From NCBI RefSeq assembly GCF_900079115.1, contig NZ_LT549890.1, positions 990,001 to 1,022,000 of the forward strand: a DNA stretch of 32,000 bases, written 5' to 3'. This document shows, piece by piece, positions 28,816 through 32,000 of the stretch. Below the pieces are notes generated by a model, which had not been told where the DNA came from, did not search any database, and saw nothing but the letters and a program-made list of their open reading frames with translations. How positions within the stretch are numbered: position 1 is the first letter of the stretch; every line of letters starts with the position of its first letter. Made by a program: the position numbers and the translations under genes. Source of the stretch: Saccharolobus solfataricus. Lineage in GTDB: Archaea; Thermoproteota; Thermoprotei_A; Sulfolobales; Sulfolobaceae.

Positions 28816-28833
28816 TTAACCTATATAGGTTAA
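28816..28833. repeat. 18-bp perfect palindrome TTAACCTATATAGGTTAA with a TATA-like centre
   Basis: Verified base by base as self-complementary. It lies in the 254-bp spacer between the HAD stop and the MBL start. Confidence 0.7.
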
Positions 28834-28929
28834 GGGTTAGTATTTTGGAAAAGTTCTTAGACTATGATCTAGTGGTATATCCTTTGTCTAAAGCTATAAA
28901 CTTTCTGAAAGCACTAGTGTTACAGAACT

Positions 28930-28976
28930 GTTCCGTTCGATGGAATCTCCGCCATGGGTGCAGGAGATCTCGGAAC
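28930..28976. other. GC-rich (about 57% by my count) imperfect extended hairpin; candidate structured RNA or 3'-end element
   Basis: The outer stem pairs GTTCCG (28930-28935) with CGGAAC (28971-28976). The inner stem pairs ATCTCC (28945-28950) with GGAGAT (28963-28968), closing a 12-nt loop. An alternative local hairpin is TTCC-GTTCGAT-GGAA. The 10-bp palindrome AGCTGCAGCT follows at 28984-28993. Confidence 0.4.
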
Positions 28977-28994
28977 ATCTAAGAGCTGCAGCTT

Positions 28995-29591
28995 TCATTT
29001 TTGTAACCATTCATATAGCTCCTTGAAATCCCTTACCACAACATCTGGTTCATAGCCTAACGGGTCAACTGGCATATTTCTCCTATTAACGTATATGCCC
29101 TTCATTCCACTATTCTTAGCACCAATGACATCAAATGGATTTGATGAAACCAGATAAGCCTCTCCCTTAACTGCCTCAAGGAAGTATCTGTAGACCTTGG
29201 GTGAAGGTTTATATTCCTTTACTCTTTCTGCACTAAATATTCCTTTAAAATAGCTTGATAAACCATTAAGTTTCAAAAGTTCCTCTATAGTCTTAGTTGT
29301 ACCATTGGATAAAATGTAAATATCAGCTATTGTGGAGATGTCCTTTAAGTAGATTGCATCTTGATGTGTCCTTAGACTTCTCCACTTATTTAATTCCTCC
29401 TCTATTTTATCCTCTCCTAGGGTGTAACTTATTGCTATCTTGGTTATCTCGTCAAAATCCACATATCTTCCCATTATGGTCAATAGCCAAGTATATTCTA
29501 ACTGTTTCCTTCTCATTTCTTGTGAAATTGCTGATAGATCCAAAATTGTACCGTATAAGTCAAATGCTAAGATTTTCTTTTCTTTTCCCAT
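28995..29591 (-). CDS. HAD-superfamily hydrolase (haloacid dehalogenase type II-like)
   Basis: 198 aa. Motif I AFDLYGTILD, motif II SNGT, and a Lys (EYKPSPKVY) plus late acidic motif pattern. Confidence 0.85.
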   Translation of the reverse strand: MGKEKKILAFDLYGTILDLSAISQEMRRKQLEYTWLLTIMGRYVDFDEITKIAISYTLGEDKIEEELNKWRSLRTHQDAIYLKDISTIADIYILSNGTTKTIEELLKLNGLSSYFKGIFSAERVKEYKPSPKVYRYFLEAVKGEAYLVSSNPFDVIGAKNSGMKGIYVNRRNMPVDPLGYEPDVVVRDFKELYEWLQK

Positions 29592-29608
29592 ATCTTTTCT
29601 TATGCTCT

Positions 29609-29626
29609 TATATATATATATATATA
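29609..29626 (-). promoter_or_regulatory. (TA)9 microsatellite positioned as the TATA box of the HAD gene
   Basis: An uninterrupted 18-nt TA repeat centred about 26 nt upstream of the ATG at 29591. Confidence 0.5.
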
Positions 29627-30031
29627 AGTGATTGTAAAGATCCCATAATTTATTTAAGTCATAATCGTGTTAACTTTCGGGAATCTCGTAAGTATTAGAT
29701 TTGGTAACGAGAAATTATACGTGCTCTGGAGGAACCTTATAATCTGGTTTGAACTTTATGTATATTATAGTCTATTTGAAAGATAAGATTTTTTAAGAAA
29801 CGTGATCTATTTAAGAGGATATTAGACATAACCTTACTTAATATTATTTTATTTATAAATAAAGGTCACTCTTTAAGAACGGGCTAATTCAAGTCTCTTT
29901 TTCGACTTCCCTTTGCGACTTGTAATTTGTTAATAATGTGAATATAAAAATGTTAACATTGGTAATCATGTATCTCTGCTAGTCAGTTGTTTTCATTGAG
30001 TTAAATTCGTAACTATCTCTGAAATAAAGTG

Positions 30032-30054
30032 AATTCAAGATGAATACTTGAATT
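30032..30054 (-). terminator. 8-bp hairpin (AATTCAAG-N7-CTTGAATT) 27 nt downstream of the MNT stop codon
   Basis: Arms at 30032-30039 and 30047-30054 are exact reverse complements. The surroundings are AT-rich. Confidence 0.3.
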
Positions 30055-30080
30055 GGCTGGACAACTCAAAAATTAGCTAA

Positions 30081-30503
30081 TTAGAAACTTATCTTGCACT
30101 TTCTAATAGTTCTACCAACAATAAAACTCCCATAAGGTAGTTGAAGTACAGCACCGTATTTCCTTATATCGTTACTCCACTTTTCTAATTCCTCGTAAAC
30201 GTTAATTTCATCGTATGTAACACAAAATGCTATAGATACTCCCATTAAAACAGTTCCTAGAGTTAGATTATTCTTAAATTCTTTATTTGTCATTATAACA
30301 GTATCCAGATAAATATTTGTATCTTTTACGAATCTCAATCTAGCATCGCTAAAATTCAATTCCTTTGCTTCGTCCTTTACAATAATTAATACATCCAAAT
30401 CAGAGTCCTTCTTATATTTCCCCATAACTCTACTTCCAAAGAATACTATTGCAAGTACTCCTTCTCTTCTCAATAAAAAGGTGGCTTTTCTAAATAACTC
30501 CAT
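30081..30503 (-). CDS. Minimal nucleotidyltransferase (MNT) domain protein, partner of the adjacent HEPN protein
   Basis: FFGSRVMGKYKKDSDLDVLIIV is the GSx(n)DxD polymerase-beta-type NTase motif. ATG 30503 (MELFRK...) is preferred to the track's TTG at 30527. It overlaps the HEPN gene by 14 nt. Confidence 0.85.
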   Translation of the reverse strand: MELFRKATFLLRREGVLAIVFFGSRVMGKYKKDSDLDVLIIVKDEAKELNFSDARLRFVKDTNIYLDTVIMTNKEFKNNLTLGTVLMGVSIAFCVTYDEINVYEELEKWSNDIRKYGAVLQLPYGSFIVGRTIRKCKISF

Positions 30504-30918
30504 GTTTTCTAAGATAATTCTCTGCAATTTCGATCACCTCATCAGAATACTTTATTCCTTCTTTACACATTTCCTCAGTTACAAACTCCTCTGGGGTAGT
30601 TATATTATTTCCGTTAAAAAACGGGTATCTAGATATGTTCCATGCGCCAGAAAGATAGTCTAATGCGTTCAAGACTACATCTAATTCGTTTCCAAGATCT
30701 TGTAAATTATTCGAAGCATCTGCTATAATGTCGTGTTCTTTCTTATATATCAATTTTACTTCTAACATCGCTTTCACGCTTTTTTCAACAGATTGTTGAG
30801 AGTAAAAGAGACATTCAGGATAATCTTTAAGCTCTAAAGCTCTTTTAGCTCTAATATTATCTTTTTTTGCTATATTTAAGAAGGCCTTAGAATATTCTCT
30901 AAACTTAGGTGGAATCAC
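30490..30918 (-). CDS. HEPN domain protein
   Basis: 142-aa all-helical protein. The pattern (ECLFYSQQSVEKSVKAML...EHDI...WNISRYPF) is typical of the small archaeal HEPN family that pairs with MNT. GTG start, with the minus-strand TATA-like AAAGATTTATTC about 28 nt upstream. Confidence 0.75.
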   Translation of the reverse strand: MIPPKFREYSKAFLNIAKKDNIRAKRALELKDYPECLFYSQQSVEKSVKAMLEVKLIYKKEHDIIADASNNLQDLGNELDVVLNALDYLSGAWNISRYPFFNGNNITTPEEFVTEEMCKEGIKYSDEVIEIAENYLRKHGVI

Positions 30919-31170
30919 AAGTAACTTTCAAAGCAAAAGAATAAATCTTTTGAGAAGTCTTTTTATTTATACTATCAGATCTTAGTGCTAATCTCCCTTT
31001 TTATGCTTCACAGAAATTTAGCAGAAATGTCATTGTAAATTTTTATGCTATATCCTTTTTATTTCTAAAACGACTTTCTGAAAAAAGGCTATCTAAATTG
31101 TGTTTTCCTTACGTGTATTACGCAAGGAAGGTATTACTTTCAATTAAACTAAAAATCCAAAATGTCATGA

Positions 31171-31182
31171 TTTCCACTGGAG
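31171..31182 (-). other. ORB-like (origin recognition box-like) 12-mer: CTCCAGTGGAAA on the minus strand
   Basis: The plus strand reads TTTCCACTGGAG. As I recall it, the archaeal ORB/mini-ORB core is (C/T)TCCA(G/C)(T/A)GGAAA. Only one full copy is present and no G-string follows. Confidence 0.3.
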
Positions 31183-31484
31183 TTTATGGGTCTTATCGTT
31201 TCTAGTAATACACTGTTCAGATAACTGGAGGTTAACTTGTCAAGTTGACCTAACTCTTTTCCAGAAGTGTTTTAGTTCCTAAAATCAACGATACAACGTG
31301 AAACCACGCTTAATACCCCATTCTGATTATTTCCTATGGATCTAGTAAAAATAGTAGTGATTGAGAGTAAAAATATGAATGTCACAAGGTTCTTTTCCTA
31401 TATACTTAAAACAAGAGAAAAGTAGAGAAATATTCTATTATACTCTCTTTTTCCTAAATTTTAATCTTAAACTTAAGGGAAGTA

Positions 31485-31496
31485 GAGTCTAGACTC
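31485..31496. repeat. 12-bp perfect palindrome GAGTCTAGACTC
   Basis: Self-complementary. It lies about 92 nt upstream of the DHA2 MFS start and about 65 nt upstream of its TATA box. Confidence 0.6.
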
Positions 31497-31556
31497 ACGT
31501 TAGGGTATGAAATTATCTCATCCTAATTTTTATTTGGCATAACGCTAATATGAAAA

Positions 31557-31566
31557 ACATAAATAG
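31557..31566 (+). promoter_or_regulatory. TATA-like box (ACATAAATAG) for the leaderless MFS gene
   Basis: Centred about 26 nt upstream of the ATG at 31588. Confidence 0.45.
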
Positions 31567-31587
31567 TTAGAGTGTTAACTATTAATT

Positions 31588-32000
31588 ATGAACTCAAGCA
31601 ATCTAGCACTTCTAGTTCTAGTCTTTGGGACTTTGATGTCAGCAATAGATACCACAATAGTAATTTTGGCAATACCAACAATAACTGAAGACTTACATGC
31701 AGACCTATTCATTATGATCTGGGTAATCATTTTGTATTTACTAGTTATAGCAGTATTCACTACTCAGTTGGGAAGATTGGGCGACATATATGGAAGGGCG
31801 AAATTTTACAACTTAGGCTTTGCAATCTTTACCTTAGGTTCAGCGTTATGTGGGGCGTCTCCCAATGCGATTTATTTAGTAGTCTTTAGGGGTATTCAAG
31901 GTATTGGGGCAGCTATGATGCAAGCCAATGCAGGGGCAATAATAGCGGATATTTTTCCTCCAAATAGAAGAGGAAGGGCTTATGGATATACTGCAATAGG
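31588..32000 (+). CDS. MFS transporter, DHA2 (EmrB/QacA-like drug:H+ antiporter) family, 5' part (runs off the window)
   Basis: Not in the ORF track because it is open-ended. It translates as [38 protein letters not shown]...[14 protein letters not shown]...[12 protein letters not shown]...NRRGRAYG, which carries classic DHA2 N-terminal motifs. Confidence 0.8.
   Translation, partial: MNSSNLALLVLVFGTLMSAIDTTIVILAIPTITEDLHADLFIMIWVIILYLLVIAVFTTQLGRLGDIYGRAKFYNLGFAIFTLGSALCGASPNAIYLVVFRGIQGIGAAMMQANAGAIIADIFPPNRRGRAYGYTAI

Noticed and set aside
28930-28945. tRNA T-arm-like hairpin GTTCC-GTTCGAT-GGAAT (and a similar GAGATTCAAATCTC at 25715-25728), possibly a tRNA fragment or integrase att site
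   Set aside because: The stem and loop registers do not fit G53-C61 with a 7-nt TTCRANN loop. There is no acceptor or anticodon arm around them, and no integrase gene nearby.
28779-28982. 67-aa plus-strand ORF (TTG start) in the HAD-MBL spacer
   Set aside because: It has a weak start and a motif-free translation that ends in an Arg/Cys-rich tail created by the GC-rich hairpin. The region is better explained as structured non-coding DNA/RNA.
29667-31580. 9-mer GTGTTAACT present on both sides of the HEPN-MNT island (29667-29675 and 31572-31580), considered as target-site duplication or att repeats
   Set aside because: A shared 9-mer between two ~500-bp AT-rich stretches is about what chance predicts. 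There are no adjoining inverted repeats or recombinase.

Overview
This is a dense, AT-rich chromosomal segment (roughly mid-30s % G+C by eye) that looks like a Sulfolobales crenarchaeon (Saccharolobus/Sulfolobus-like). The hallmarks are TATA-like boxes centred about 26 nt upstream of many start codons (leaderless first genes), GGTG(A/G) Shine-Dalgarno motifs only before operon-internal genes, a sequon-rich secreted protein, and a canonical C/D box sRNA. All family calls come from reading motifs in the translations. No database search was possible, and the organism assignment is inference.

Gene content, left to right:
- An sHdr-type heterodisulfide-reductase-like operon (hdrB1-hdrA-hyp-hdrC2-hdrB2), followed by two unassigned genes.
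- A CPA2 cation/H+ antiporter and an MFS transporter.
- A 1269-aa membrane-anchored S53 (sedolisin) protease.
- A second MFS transporter and an ABC-2 exporter pair.
- A stand-alone TrpB2, followed 3 nt later by an MFS gene broken by two +1 frameshifts.
- An amidinotransferase-fold enzyme, an SRPBCC protein and a small BNR-motif ORF.
- A 46-codon membrane mini-ORF, a duplicated Lrp-like regulator candidate and a TldD/PmbA(TldE) pair. A C/D box sRNA overlaps the pmbA stop codon.
- An acyl-CoA dehydrogenase and MaoC dehydratase, a COG1373-type AAA ATPase with a nuclease-like C-terminus, and a truncated ACAD-like gene.
- An MBL hydrolase and a HAD hydrolase.
- A HEPN/MNT pair isolated between two long non-coding stretches.
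- The 5' part of a DHA2-type MFS gene.

I found no rRNA, tRNA, CRISPR array, transposase or integrase.

No clearly novel multi-gene system is provable from sequence alone. The best leads are:
- The mini-ORF / regulator / TldD-TldE / sRNA neighbourhood (19.9-24.0 kb).
- The GC-rich structured element and 18-bp perfect palindrome between the HAD and MBL genes (28.8-29.0 kb).
- The 670-bp gene-free region carrying an ORB-like 12-mer (30.9-31.6 kb).
- The unassigned genes appended to the sHdr operon.
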